Origin: Octopus sinensis
Taxonomy: Eukaryota
Assembly: GCF_006345805.1 (NCBI RefSeq)
Contig: NC_043004.1
Span: 95,046,001 to 95,110,000 of the forward strand
Direction: 5' to 3'
DNA length: 64,000 bases
In this document: positions 1 to 11,169 of the stretch, piece after piece
Layout: each line of letters opens with the position of its first letter
Position numbering within the stretch: position 1 is the stretch's first letter
Translations under genes and position numbers: made by a program
Notes under the pieces: generated by a model
What the model saw: only the letters and a program-made list of their open reading frames with translations
Database searches by the model: none
What the model was told of the DNA's origin: nothing

Positions 1-165
1 GGTGAAAATTTTCGTAAAATTTTTGGGTAAAATTTTCGGTGAAAAGTTTTCAGAATATTTTTCGGTGAAAATTTTCGTAAAATTTTTGGGTAAAATTTTC
101 GGTGAAAAGTTTTCAGAATATTTTTCGGTGAAAATTTTCGTAAAATTTTTGGGGAAAATTTACGC
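1..165. repeat. 63-bp minisatellite built from 12-13-bp GGTGAAAATTTTC-like subunits (runs off the window start)
   Basis: The unit GGTGAAAATTTTCGTAAAATTTTTGGG... restarts at 1, 64 and 127. Confidence 0.9.
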
Positions 166-470
166 CGAGTAAAAAAGTGCTTTGTTGACAATACATTTAT
201 TTAACAACAAAGAAACAAAGAGGTCAGTAGCAATTTGTCAGTGAATTGCACAATATAAACTCTCTCGCACCCAAAGTAATGTGAGTGAGAGAGAGGGGGG
301 AGAAAGATGAACGATTTAAAATAAATAAATGATTTAAAATAAAAATATTGTAATTGTTATGTGAGAAAGTATATATACTATGATTATAAAATATAGTGTC
401 TTTCAAAAACATCCTGAATTTGAACACTATATCTCGTGTTTAAGAAAAGACAAAACATTTTACATTTTAT

Positions 471-750
471 ATTTTATGAACGTCGTCACTTACTCTCTCT
501 CTCCCTCTCTCACTTTGTCGTCACTTACTCTCTCTCTCCCTCTCTCACTTTGTCTTTCCCGTGAGACTCTCTGCTTCTCTTCCACTTTTCTTTATCTTGT
601 TTTTTTTTCTTAGATGCCGTCAGAAAGCTATGGCTGAAAATAGATTTTTATGAACGTCGTCACTTACTCCCTCTCCCTCTCTCACTTTGTCTTTCCCGTG
701 AAACTCTCTGCCTCTCTTCTTCCACTTTTCTTTATCTTGTTTTGTTTTGT
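471..750. repeat. Local tandem duplication (~105-140 bp, pyrimidine-rich) abutting the 18S junction
   Basis: ATTTTTATGAACGTCGTCACTTACTC...CTTTATCTTGTTTT occurs at ~471 and ~645; the second copy runs directly into 18S sequence. Confidence 0.85.
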
Positions 751-2496
751 TAACGAGGATCGACCGGAGGGCAAGTCTGGTGCCAGCAGCGGCGGTAATT
801 CCAGCTCCGGTAGCGTATATTTAAATTGTTGCGTTTGAAAAGCTCGTAGTCGGAATTCGGGTCTCGAAAACGTGCTCCAGCACGTTCGGGGCGACGGCGC
901 CGTCGCAGGCGCGCTTCTGGCGCGTCCGCTTCGGTCGTCCGTTCGCACTCCCGACCCTATTCGCCGGTGTGTGCGCAGTCGGGCCGCAGAGCTCTGCTCG
1001 TGTCGCCGCCGCGTCGGCCGCCGTCCTGCGCTCGTCTTCGCCCGCGCGCGTCGTCCGGTTTCACGCCTGCGCGCGACCTCGTCGTCGCACGGGTCGGTTC
1101 AGCGCGCACGGGAGCCACGAAGCGGGTGCGCTATTGGGCGTCGTCGCCGTTCGCGTTTTAGCGGTAGTAGCACGTCCACCTCTCGGTCGTTTCAGCCCGC
1201 ACGGTTCCTCCGAGGGTGCTCTTCGCCGAATGTCCGAGGCGGCCGGTACGTTCACTGTGAAAAAATTAGAGTGTCAGAATGAGCCCTGCCGGCTTGCATA
1301 CGAAAAGCATGGAATGATGGAAAATGGCCTCGTCCGCGCGTCATCCGTCAGTCTCCGTTCACGACGAGGCAATGATCGAAGGGAGCTATCGCGGCCAGTC
1401 GTATTGCGAAGTTATAGGTGAAATTCTTGGATCGTCGCAAGACGCACTGCAGCGACGGCGTGTGGCAAGCATGTTTTCCTCGATCAAGAGCGAAAGTCGG
1501 AGGTTAGAGGACGATCAGATACCGTCGTAGTTCCGACCGTAAATGATGCCGACTGGCGCTCCGCCGGCGTTCGCTTCGATGATCCGACGGGGAGACTGCG
1601 TGGGAAACCATAGTCGGTTCCGGGGGAAGTATGGTTGCAAAACATAAACTTAAAGGAATTGACGGAGGGGCACCACCAGGAGTGGAGCCTGCGGCTTAAT
1701 TTGACTCAACACGGGAAAACTCACCCGGTCCGGACACTGGATGGATTGACAGATCAATAGCTCTTTCTCGATTCGGTGGGTGGTGGTGCATGGCCGTTCT
1801 TAGTTGGTGGAGCGATCCGTCTGGTTGATTCCGATAACGAACGAGACTCCGGCCTGCTAACTAGCGCGTCGATTAGTGCTTTTCCGGTAGCGCGGCGGCG
1901 CCGAAGCCGTCGTCGTTAGCTCCGCGCGCGGCCCGGGCTTGTCGTTGCCACCGCTCTCCTTCGCGTCCAGGGCTGCGACCGCGTCCGGCTGCCGTCCCCC
2001 TCGCGGCATGGTTGCGGCGTCGGTTGCGGAGCGGCGGTGGTGACTCGGTCGACTCGGCCCGCGCGAGCGCGGCGGCGGCACGCGGACGCGTCCGGGCCAG
2101 TTGGTTGGCGAACGCAGCGCTTCTTAGAGGGACGGGCGGCAGAAAGCCGCACGAGGTGGAGCGATAACAGGTCTGTGATGCCCTTAGACGTCCGGGGCCG
2201 CACGCAGCCTACACTAGAGGTATCAGCGGGCGCGTCTCCCCCGACCCGAGAGGATTGGGAAACCTCTGAACCACCTCCCGTGATAGGGATCGGGGCCTGG
2301 AACCAACCCCGTGAACGAGGAATTCCCGGTCGGCGCGGGTCATCAGCCCGCGTCGATCACGTCCCTGCCCTTTGTATAACACCGCCCGTCGCTACTACCG
2401 GATCTGGCCGACGAGTCCGCTTACGTGCGGCAGCGTTCCGCGCCGTCGTCGGCGCGTTCTCTGATGGCCCGGAGAAGACGACCGAACCCGATCGCT

Positions 2497-2527
<31 letters not shown>

Positions 2528-2554
2528 ATAGGTGAACCTGCGGAAGGATCATTA
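750..2554 (+). pseudogene. 18S rRNA: 5'-truncated eukaryotic 18S rRNA copy (orphon, likely pseudogene) with long GC-rich V4 and V7 expansions
   Basis: Universal SSU motifs: GTGCCAGCAGC(G)GCGGTAATTCCAGCTCC, AAACTTAAAGGAATTGACGG, GGTGGTGCATGGCCG, GTCGTAACAAGG, and 3' end GGTGAACCTGCGGAAGGATCATTA at 2531-2554. About 500 nt of the 5' end is missing. Normally invariant sites are altered: C>G at 791, TTTGTATAACACC for TTTGTACACACC, TTTCCATAGG for TTTCCGTAGG. Confidence 0.93.
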
Positions 2555-2746
2555 GCGCTGTTTTGAAAAAACCGCGATCCGCCCATTTCAAGTCGCGGCC
2601 GGGCCCCCCATCCGAGTACCACCGAATGCTCTTGTTTAGGCCCTCTAACAGCGCAGTAGTAGCAGCAGCGGTGCGGCAACCCGCCAACTTGCCATTACTT
2701 TTGTCTGCTTCTGCTGCCGACCGCGCAACCACCTGCCGCTTACCGG
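2555..2746 (+). other. Start of ITS1, truncated at a (TA)n tract; no 5.8S or 28S follows
   Basis: GC-rich sequence continues directly after GGATCATTA and ends abruptly at (TA)n ~2747; no 5.8S motif was seen downstream. Confidence 0.75.
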
Positions 2747-2767
2747 TTATATATATATATATATATA

Positions 2768-2950
2768 CTTTATTTTAAGCAGCAGAAAATTCAACAAAAT
2801 CTGTTACTCTGAGTTTCTCGTTGCCTGATGAACGGCAACGAGTAACAGATTTTGTTGAATTTTCTGCTGCTTAAAATAAAGCATATTACTCTACCACTGG
2901 TATTTGAGTACTCTTTTTTCCACCTTGTTTCACATTTATGTGTTTACTCC

Positions 2951-2953
<3 letters not shown>
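2768..2953 (+). mobile_element. Penelope-like pseudo-LTR with inverted partial copy; hammerhead family 3 remnant
   Basis: Perfect 42-bp inverted arms 2768-2809/2840-2881. CTGATGA at 2825-2831 on the + strand; GAAACTCAGAGTAACAG on the - arm; AATAAA downstream. Homologous to 39371-39630. Confidence 0.75.
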
Positions 2954-3013
<60 letters not shown>

Positions 3014-3361
3014 CGACCGGCTTCCAAACAGTTTTCTTCAACAAATTTCACTCACGAAACACTGACGCAGTAGTATGAGGCACTGAACGTAAGACACAGG
3101 GTTTCCAAGCAAGCTTCTAAGCTGCACAGCTATACCTGCGCAAGTTAGCATAAACTGAGAAGCAGATACGCAAATATTTTAAATATTACGAGTTTAATAA
3201 GGAAAATAAAAGCTCAACACTTTCAGATTAAGTAACTACGTCGCGTAAGCTGCATAAAAGCTATTTTAACAGAAAACACATATGTAAAGCTGCAAGAAAT
3301 CCTAACCAAAATTCTCTCAGATACACCTTGCCATCTTATAAGAAGCAGATGCACAATGAAA

Positions 3362-3745
3362 TCTCTCTCTATATAAACGGCAGTTTGTCTGTGCGTGTTT
3401 CTGTGTGTCTGTTTTCTCGTACCTTCACTCTGACCACGGCTTTCAACCGATTCTGATGAAACTTGACACACACATAGCCCAATGTCATAATTCAAAACTA
3501 ACGCAGCGAAAATTTTGAAAAGTTCCCCCAGTTCTGAAAAAAATCGATAAATTCGACATGGGGTCGAGAATCAGAAACACGAACCACAAACTGTCTAGGG
3601 GTCGCAACTCCACCTTTTTTAAATCTCAAAAAAAATTTACCATCATTTTTTTCCATTTTTTTGCTATTTTTTGGCTATAACTCTCTAAAAATGCTTTATA
3701 GTTATTTCCCTTACAAACCTGAGCAACGCCGGGCGATACTGCTAG
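3362..3745 (+). mobile_element. Non-autonomous Helitron
   Basis: 5' TC(TCTCTCTATATAAA) start, 3' CTAG end at 3742-3745 preceded by a GC hairpin (CCTGAGCAACGCCGGG, 3718-3733), inserted between A3361 and T3746 with no TSD. Confidence 0.85.
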
Positions 3746-3921
3746 TCATAGATATCTTTAAACGATTCAGGACTATTCACGATGGAACACCTTTGACCAT
3801 ATTTCTGATCGATCAGGCCCGAGCTGTACCTAACAACAACAACGATGAAAAACAAACTAAAATTCTTTCTCTGAACGGAAACTCTGTGCTAGGATATTAA
3901 AATCTTAATATTTGATACATA

Positions 3922-4332
3922 GGATCTTTTCGGTTGTAACGGCAGTTTTTTCTAGCGGTGTCATATGAAATTGTCACCCATAATTATGACCCTAGTATCG
4001 ATCTATTGCATTTCAACCTGTTTTAGGGTTAGGGTTAGGAAAGGGTATCTTTTTTTCTTCAACAAATGTAAATAAACCCAATCTGTTTCTTAAACGAGGG
4101 ATATATTCATACGACACAAAATATTTTTTACCTCAATAGACGTCATTGATTGGTTGAAATTGCAGAAATTGAAGAAAAAACAACAACAAATATCTTACAA
4201 ACCATAGAATTTTCTCAATAAAGCCAAGAGAAAATGATGTTTTATAAACACATTCTACCAGTATACGAAGTTTAAAAGTGTTTAGTTACGTGGAGATTAT
4301 GTTAAAAACTGACGTCCAAACCGAAAAAATCC
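3922..4332 (+). mobile_element. MITE with ~28-bp TIRs (GGATCTTTTCGGTTTGAACGGCAGTTTT) and 8-bp TSD; Merlin-like; internal TTAGGG tract
   Basis: TIR pair; perfect TSD GATACATA at 3914-3921 and 4333-4340. GG-start TIR with 8-bp TSD fits Merlin (inference). Confidence 0.85.
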
Positions 4333-5004
4333 GATACATAATGTATCAAAGCTATTAATGTATATTGATTGTGTGCCTTTTACTCCTATTCGTCTCCAAG
4401 ATGTATCACCTCTATTTTCGAGGATGACACTTTCGTGAACTAATCTAACAACTACATTCTAAATTGGAATTAGAGGAATGGTTTTTATACCTGAAGGCTA
4501 CATTGAAATAAATGTAATCTAGTATGGCTGCATTAAATATAATTTATTAAATTTACAGAAAATTGTAATTATATTTATTGCAAAAATATACTCATATTAA
4601 AGTAAGAAATAAAATACAAACTAAACTTTTAATGACATCATATACATAAGTACACACACACACACACACCACACACACACACACACACATACACACACAC
4701 ACAAACACACAAACACACACATACAGACGCAGACAAACGCACACATACATGAGACAACAAATGAAAGAAAATAGCACTCAACATATTTGGAAGGCGTAAA
4801 AATATATTTTAATAACAGTTAAATTCAACTCCTTGTGACTTGAAATAAAATATTGTATGTAGGACATATTCAACCCATGAGATGATAAGAGCAGCATCTG
4901 TTAAGGACAGGCATGTCCACGAAAGTCATGCGGAACTGAGTCAAACTGTTTTACATACATACATGCATGCGTACATTCACACACATAGCTATATGTGTTT
5001 ATGA

Positions 5005-5236
5005 AGGTGGCGAGCTGGCAGAAACGTTAGCACGCCGGGCGAAATGCGTTGCCGTATTTCGTCTGCTGTTACGTTCCGAGTTCAAATTCCGCTGAGGTCG
5101 ACTTTGCCTTTCATCCTTCCGGGGTCGATAAATTAAGTACCAGTTACGCACTGGGGTCGATGTAATCGACTTAATCCGTTTGTCTGTCCTTGTTTGTCTC
5201 CTCTGTGTTTAGCCCCTTGTGGGTAGTAAAGAAATA
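5005..5236 (+). mobile_element. SINE family A (tRNA-derived head, GACTTTGCCTTTCATCC...GGGGTCGATAAATTAAGTACCAG core), single unit
   Basis: Many near-identical copies in the window; tRNA-like B-box GAGTTCAAATTCC; core resembles the Meta-domain SINE core (from memory). Confidence 0.85.
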
Positions 5237-5287
5237 TATATGTGTTTGTGTGTGACAGTGCGCGTATATATATATGTGTGTGTGTGT

Positions 5288-5592
5288 CGAGGCGCAATGG
5301 CCCAGTGGTTAGAGCAACGGACACGCGGTTGTAGGATCGCGGTTTCGATTCCCAGACCGGGCGTTGTGAGTGTTTATTGAGCAAAAACACTTAAAGCTCC
5401 ACGAGGCTCCGGCACGGGGTGGTGGCGATCCCTGTTGTACTCTTTCGCCACAACTTTCTCTCACTCTTTCTTCTGTTGGCCTGCTCGCTTAGCCAGCGGA
5501 GTGGCGTCATTTGAAGGCTAAAACAATGCGAAGTGCATTGTGACCAGCGATGTGTAGCAGCAACATCTGATAGCCTGGTTGGTCACGGTGAT
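5288..5592 (+). mobile_element. SINE family C, tail type 1
   Basis: tRNA-like head GGCGCAATGGCCCAGTGGTTAG...GGTTTCGATTCCC shared with four other copies; distinct 3' module ending ...GGTCACGGTGATA. Confidence 0.85.
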
Positions 5593-5599
5593 ATACATG

Positions 5600-7510
5600 T
5601 ATAAACATTTTTTGCGAATAGAATGAGGTTAGAAATCATTGACACTTTTGTTTGTCTTGGAAGCAAACTGTCAAGAGATGGTGGTCTTGATGCAGAGATA
5701 TACTATCGAATACGGATGGGAAGTGTTGCATTTGGAAAACTCGAAAAGCGAGTATGGGCGGATAGAGGTATTTCCCTGCAGGCGATATTCAGTGACTATA
5801 AAACGTGTGTATTGAATGCACTCCTTTATTCGAGTGAGACGTGGACCACTTACAGGTGTCATATGAAAATGCTGGAGAGATTTCATCAAAAGTGCCTCAA
5901 GTGAGCAAGTTTCATATTAGATACAGAAGTTTTGCGCATGGCACGTTGTATTTCAATTGAACAACATGTTATCTTGGCTCATATGAGATGGGCTGGACAT
6001 GTTATTAGCATGATGGATGAGCGATTGCCAAAGCGTCTTTTTTATGGTGAGCTCAATTCTGTTAATCGGCCACATCATAAGCCGAGGGAAAGGTATAAAG
6101 ATTGTGGGAAGGAAAACCTAAAGAAACTAGATATGAACTAAAGTGATTTGGAAACTGATGTTCTGGATCGGAACAAGTTGAGAGATGCTGTTAGGACTGT
6201 TTGCAAAGCCTGATAGGAAAAAAAGATTCAGTCCTCTGAGCTTAAAAGGGTCTGTCACAAAGGAACGAATGGAAATGAAATCAACAGGGAACATTGTATG
6301 TGTATTATGTGTAATCGTGTTCAGCTGTCAAAAGCAGGATACGTGAATCATGAAGTTACATGAAAATCGAAATGCCCAGGTAAGTAATTAATCTTAAACA
6401 CAAACCGCCTCTTACGACTTGTGTCATATGACACTTAACTTGTAAGTCAATATCTGAACTTAAAAGAGATAAGCTAGTTCACAAAAACGGAATCAGATTC
6501 CAAAGAGCAATGATGTAAAAGAAACTAGCATAATATCTGTCACTTGTAAGGCGGCGAGCTGGCTGAAACGTTAGCACGCTGGGTGAAATTCTTAGCAGTA
6601 TTTCGTCTGTCTTTACGTTCTGAGTTCAAATTCCGCCGAGGTTAACTTTGCCTTTCATCTTTCGGGGTCGATAAATTAAGTACCAGTTACGCACTAGGGT
6701 CGGTGTAATCGACTTAATCCCTTTGTCTCTCCTTGTTTGTCCCCTATATGTTTAGTCCCTTGTGGGCAATAAAAAAAATAAGAAACGTTAGCACGCTGGG
6801 TGAAATTCTTAGCAGTATTTCGCCTGTATTTACGTTCTGAGTTCAAATTCCGCCGAGGTTAACTTGCCTTTCATCTTTCGGGGTCGATAAATTAAGTACC
6901 AGTTACGCACTAGGGTCGGTGTAATCGACTTAATCCCTTTGTCTGTCCTTGTTTATCCCCTATATGTTTAGTCCCTTGTGGGCAATAAAAAAAATAAGAA
7001 ACGTTAGCACGCTGGGCGAAATTCTTAGCAGTATTTCGCCTGTCTTTACGTTCTGAGTTCAAATTCCGCCGAGGTCGACTTTGCCATTCATCTTTCGGGT
7101 CGATAAATTAAGTGCCAGTTACGCACTAGGGTCGGTGTAATCGACTTAATCCCTTTGTCTCTCCTTGTTTGTCCCCTATATGTTTAGTCCCTTGTGGGCA
7201 ATAAAAAAAAAAGAAACGTTAAGCACGCTGGGCGAAATTCTTAGCAGTATTTCGTCTGTCTTTACGTTCTGAGTTCAAATTCCGCCGAGGTTAACTTTGC
7301 CTTTCATCTTTCGGGGTCGATGAATTAAGCGCCAGTTGAGTACTGGAGTCGATGTTATTGACTAGCCTCCTCACACAAAATTTCGGGTCTGGTGCCTAGA
7401 GTAGAAAAGAATTTCTGTTGCTTGTGTTTTCAACACTGTCACCCATCAGCTGGCCTTAAAAGTCATCTGAGGGCTCATCAACGGAGGGATTGTGCTGTGT
7501 GATGGGATGT
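5600..7510 (+). mobile_element. Decayed 3' part of an RTE-clade LINE (post-RT region plus C2H2 zinc fingers), interrupted by a SINE array
   Basis: ORF remnants 5623-5904 (YLGS-like VCLGSKLSRD...AFGKL...LLYSSETWT...LERFHQKCL) and 5932-6141 (RWAGHV..M.DERLPKRLFYGEL..RP..KPRERYKD) are typical of RTE. Zinc-finger remnants at ~6300-6360, ~6450-6485 and ~7445-7490 (SAGLKSHLRAHQR). Confidence 0.85.
6549..7412 (+). repeat. Head-to-tail array of four SINE family A units (~216-bp period)
   Basis: Units start at 6549, 6781, 6997 and 7212; only the first has the full head; the last has an alternative tail ending CCTAGAGTAGAAAAGAAT. Confidence 0.92.
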
Positions 7511-7982
7511 GGTGTGTTTGTTGATGGGATGGCTATCATCTGCCAAGCTGAATCAATCATCATATATATATAAAATTCTGCTTAACACGATCAATAATCA
7601 CTTGTCAGAAATATATAAGTGTATCAAAAAGTGCTTCAACACTGACTGGATGGATTATAAATCATTTGATAAAGCTAAAGTCAAGAGTATATTACCAGCG
7701 GTTTCATGCATTCAAAATAGTCTGCATTTATTTAATTTGAAATATAAGATATTACACAATTGTAGCTGACAAGAATGTGTTGTCATATCACAGGTGAAGT
7801 GAGATGCAACGTCATTAATCTAATTTTAAAGGCTGTCACATATAATGTACGAAGTCTAAGATAATTATCTCATTCTTGGATTGTTTCTTATCCGGTATTC
7901 TTAATTGAATATTCCCCAGTTTGAAACCATTATTATTAGATTAGATAACTATCTTAAATTCAATCATATATATATATATATG

Positions 7983-8175
7983 ACTATAAATAAGGATGTC
8001 CGAGGGACACCACCATGCCGAAATAGCAGTCAAACCCAGACACTAAAAACCACCTAAAATGTTCATACCTCACCATGAGATATGGTGTGATATGAACATT
8101 TTAGGTGGTTTTTAGAGTCAGGGTTTGACTGCTATTTCGGCATGGTAGTGTCTCTCAGACACCCTTATTTATAGT
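7983..8175. mobile_element. ~190-bp imperfect palindrome between (TA)n tracts; possibly an inverted pLTR pair with a degenerate hammerhead
   Basis: ~93-bp arms (7983-8075 / 8083-8175), about 90% complementary; each arm reads ...CYGAGRGACACYACCATGCCGAAATAGCAGTCAAACCC. Confidence 0.55.
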
Positions 8176-8254
8176 TGTAAAAAATTATTATCTTTGTATG
8201 GTATTTATTCCCATGCTGGCCACTTGATAATATCGATATTATCCTTATTTATAA

Positions 8255-8325
<71 letters not shown>

Positions 8326-8736
8326 CTTAGTATGTTGGTAACATGTAACCGAATACAACCTGTCGCATGTTTGGCGACCAAACTGACAATCCTACTGACC
8401 CTGCATTATTAACAGTAGTTTTCGTTTGACATCCAACACGGTGAGAAGCAAAAACCAATCAAGACTTCAGTAAAATCAACAGCCATCCAACAGATGGCGG
8501 TAAGAAACCCGTAGTCTTTGTTTAGACATCCCCCTAGGAGAAGGAAATTCCGAAATTAACTCCCACCTCATTGCGAAGCCGTAGATCTTTCTATTGCTTG
8601 TTTTAGGATTTCTTGGTTTGTAAGTGAGAATCATAGCGATGTTATGCAACATATTATTGTCTTTAAATTTCAGCTCGTACATTGCTGACTGCCGTTGTTT
8701 TTAACATGCAGGATAATTTGTCATATAGATTTCACT

Positions 8737-9076
8737 GTGTGGCGCATGGCTCAGTGATTAGAGCGTCGAGCTTACGATCGTGAGGTTGTGAGCTCGAATC
8801 CCGGACCGGGCTGCGTGTTGTGTTCTTGGGCAAGGCACTTTATTTCACGTTGCTCCAGTTCACTCAGCTGTAGAAATGAGCTGCGACGTCACTGGTGCCA
8901 AGCTGTATCGGGCCCTTTGCCTTTCCCTTGGATAACACTGGTGGCGTGGAGAGGGGAGGCTGGTATGCATGGGCGACTACTGGTCTTCCATAAACAACCT
9001 CGCCCGGAATTGTGTCTAGGAGGGCAACTTTCTAGGTGCAATCCCATGGTCTGTGTCGTGACCGAAGGGGGTCTCC
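8737..9076 (+). mobile_element. SINE family D (tRNA-like head plus CORE-like domain)
   Basis: GGCGCATGGCTCAGTGATTAGAGCG...GAGCTCGAATCCC head; TTGGGCAAGGCACTT...CAGCTGTAGAAATGAG CORE-like segment; second copy at 56451-56791. Confidence 0.85.
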
Positions 9077-10467
9077 GAATACTTGATGATATACCACATG
9101 AATTTATTATGATCATTATTGATGATATGTCGTTATTACCATGACCAGTATCAGGCCTTGTGCCTATAGTACAAAGGATTATCGCGACCAGTATCGTTAT
9201 CCTCATTAGCAACGGTCAACAAAGAAGCCTTCTTCTCATTACTTGACTCACCATTAATAGCAGCCAAATTCCCCAGAGATTACACACTACTATTTTAAAA
9301 ATAGGGAAAACATATTAAAAGAGGGAAACGTATTAAATAATGAAGTCATATACACAGTTTATCTGGGAAAATGTTTTGATGGTTATGCTGCTAGAATACC
9401 TTTAATGAGTTCAACTCCGGATTGGAGCAGACCTGGGAAAAAAATAACAGCAACAACTATAATAAAATCTCACCAGATGAAGGTGGAAAACACACCTAGT
9501 CGAAAGAAGATTCCTTTATCTTTTTCTTTTCTATTTTCCATTTTAAACTCAAATGAGAGGCTGTGTCTGTGGTGAGTTGTGTGGGTATTAGGAATGGGGT
9601 TGTGTGACAACAGTTGGTCTGCAGTCGATACTATCACAGAAGTTTCATTTATCCAAAGGAATAAAAAGCTTTTCCTTTAATCTTAGATATTTTGCCCTGA
9701 GGAAACAAGACAGCAAAGCTGATAATTGTAACAACAACATGAAAGAGATAGAAAAACTTTTAGATATTCCCTAACAAAACAAGAATAAAATTGGAGAAAA
9801 AATCCATAAAGAAAATAAGTAAAAGAAAATATAAAAATCAAAATTAATAGAAATACTTTTCTTACAAACAATATTTTTTCAAAGTTTTCGCCAAAAGTTT
9901 TGTAGTTCTAATTCTGAACTTTGCAAGTTTCCTTTAATTATTCAATATTTTCTTGTCCATTAACCTTTAAATGATTAGACTGGCTGCTTTGCAGAATCGT
10001 TAGGATATGGGAGAAAATGTTTTATCCGATTTAATCCCAGCATGTGTTGCATTCTTAGTTCAAATTCTGCTGAGGTTAACTTTGCTTTTCTTCTTTCCTG
10101 GGCCTATACAACGAAGAACTAGTGAAGCACTGTAGGGCGATTTTATCGACCCACTGATATTTTATTGGTGTTTCCTAGACTTATTTAATCAAAGGGTTAA
10201 AGATGAGAATCAAAACTAAATCTTCTTTGTGTTGCTTGAATTTCATACACGGATAAGTGTATACCCTGGAGCAGACACAGCACCCCTATGACGAACAATG
10301 AGTCTGGATATTAGTTTTGAAAGACAAAATGCTGGAACAATGCTATGCAAATGCAATAATATACAGGGTATGAGGTGCATCCATAATCAAGTCTGATGCA
10401 GTTTGATACTAGAATCATTATATTATTGCAAATCCCTATGATTAATGATTAACCATAAAATCTAACC

Positions 10468-10625
10468 AGGAGTGGCTGTGTGGTAAGTAGCTTGTTTACC
10501 AACCACATGGTTCCGGGTTCAGTCCCACTGCGTGGCACCTTGGGCAAGTGTCTTCTACTATAGCCTCGGGCCGAACAAAGCCTTGTGAATGGATTTGGTA
10601 GACGGAAACTGAAAGAAGCCCGTCG

Positions 10626-10657
<32 letters not shown>

Positions 10658-10880
10658 TGTGTGTGTTTGTATGTCTGTGTTTGTCCCCCTAGCATTGCTT
10701 GACGACCGATGCTGGTGTGTTTATGTCCCCGTTACTTAGCGGTTCGGCAAAAGAGACCGATAGAATAAGTACTGGGCTTACAAAAGAATAAATCCCGGGG
10801 TCGAGTTGCTCGATTAAAGGCGGTGCTCCAGCATGGCCGCAGTCAAATGACTGAAACAAGTAAAAGAGAGAGTAAGAGTA
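10468..10880 (+). mobile_element. SINE family B (AGGAGTGGCTGTGTGGTAAG head, internal (TA)n/(TG)n, GAAACAAGTAAAAGAG tail)
   Basis: Full-length member of a ~410-bp family present about 9 times in the window; tRNA-like A/B boxes. Confidence 0.9.
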
Positions 10881-11169
10881 TATTCACTGTTCAAACTCAA
10901 ATAATTTTGTTATTATAAAGGCTGGCCTAGTTCAGAATGTTTTTTTAGATCATTCTTTAGCTCGGTCACATCATCATCTGTGAGTGGCCCAGCCGAAGTC
11001 TCCAGAGAGATTTAGTTGCGTGTCATCACAGCTGACTCTGTGAGATGTCATGCGTAACTCTTTCGTAGTACAGCGTAGTCAATCTCTCTCTCATAGAGAG
11101 AAGAGGTTGAGAGAAAAATAGAAATTGGCATTTCTGCTTGACTGACTGGTATTTTACCAACTCTCTCTT

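Noticed and set aside
750-2554. Functional rDNA unit, or bacterial or contaminant SSU
   Set aside because: The motifs are eukaryotic 18S with coleoid-style expansions. The 5' domain, 5.8S and 28S are missing and invariant sites are mutated.
682-2778. Many GC-rich, Arg/Ala-rich ORFs on both strands
   Set aside because: They overlap the 18S/ITS1 sequence and are spurious frames of GC-rich rDNA.
5288-5365. Bona fide tRNA genes at SINE heads (also ~8740, ~10470, ~56455)
   Set aside because: The A/B boxes are tRNA-like but run straight into SINE bodies, several with TSDs, and no complete acceptor stem was seen.
6549-7412. CRISPR-like repeat array (also 1-165 and 58012-58370)
   Set aside because: The units are wholly repeated with no unique spacers, there are no cas genes, and the context is eukaryotic.
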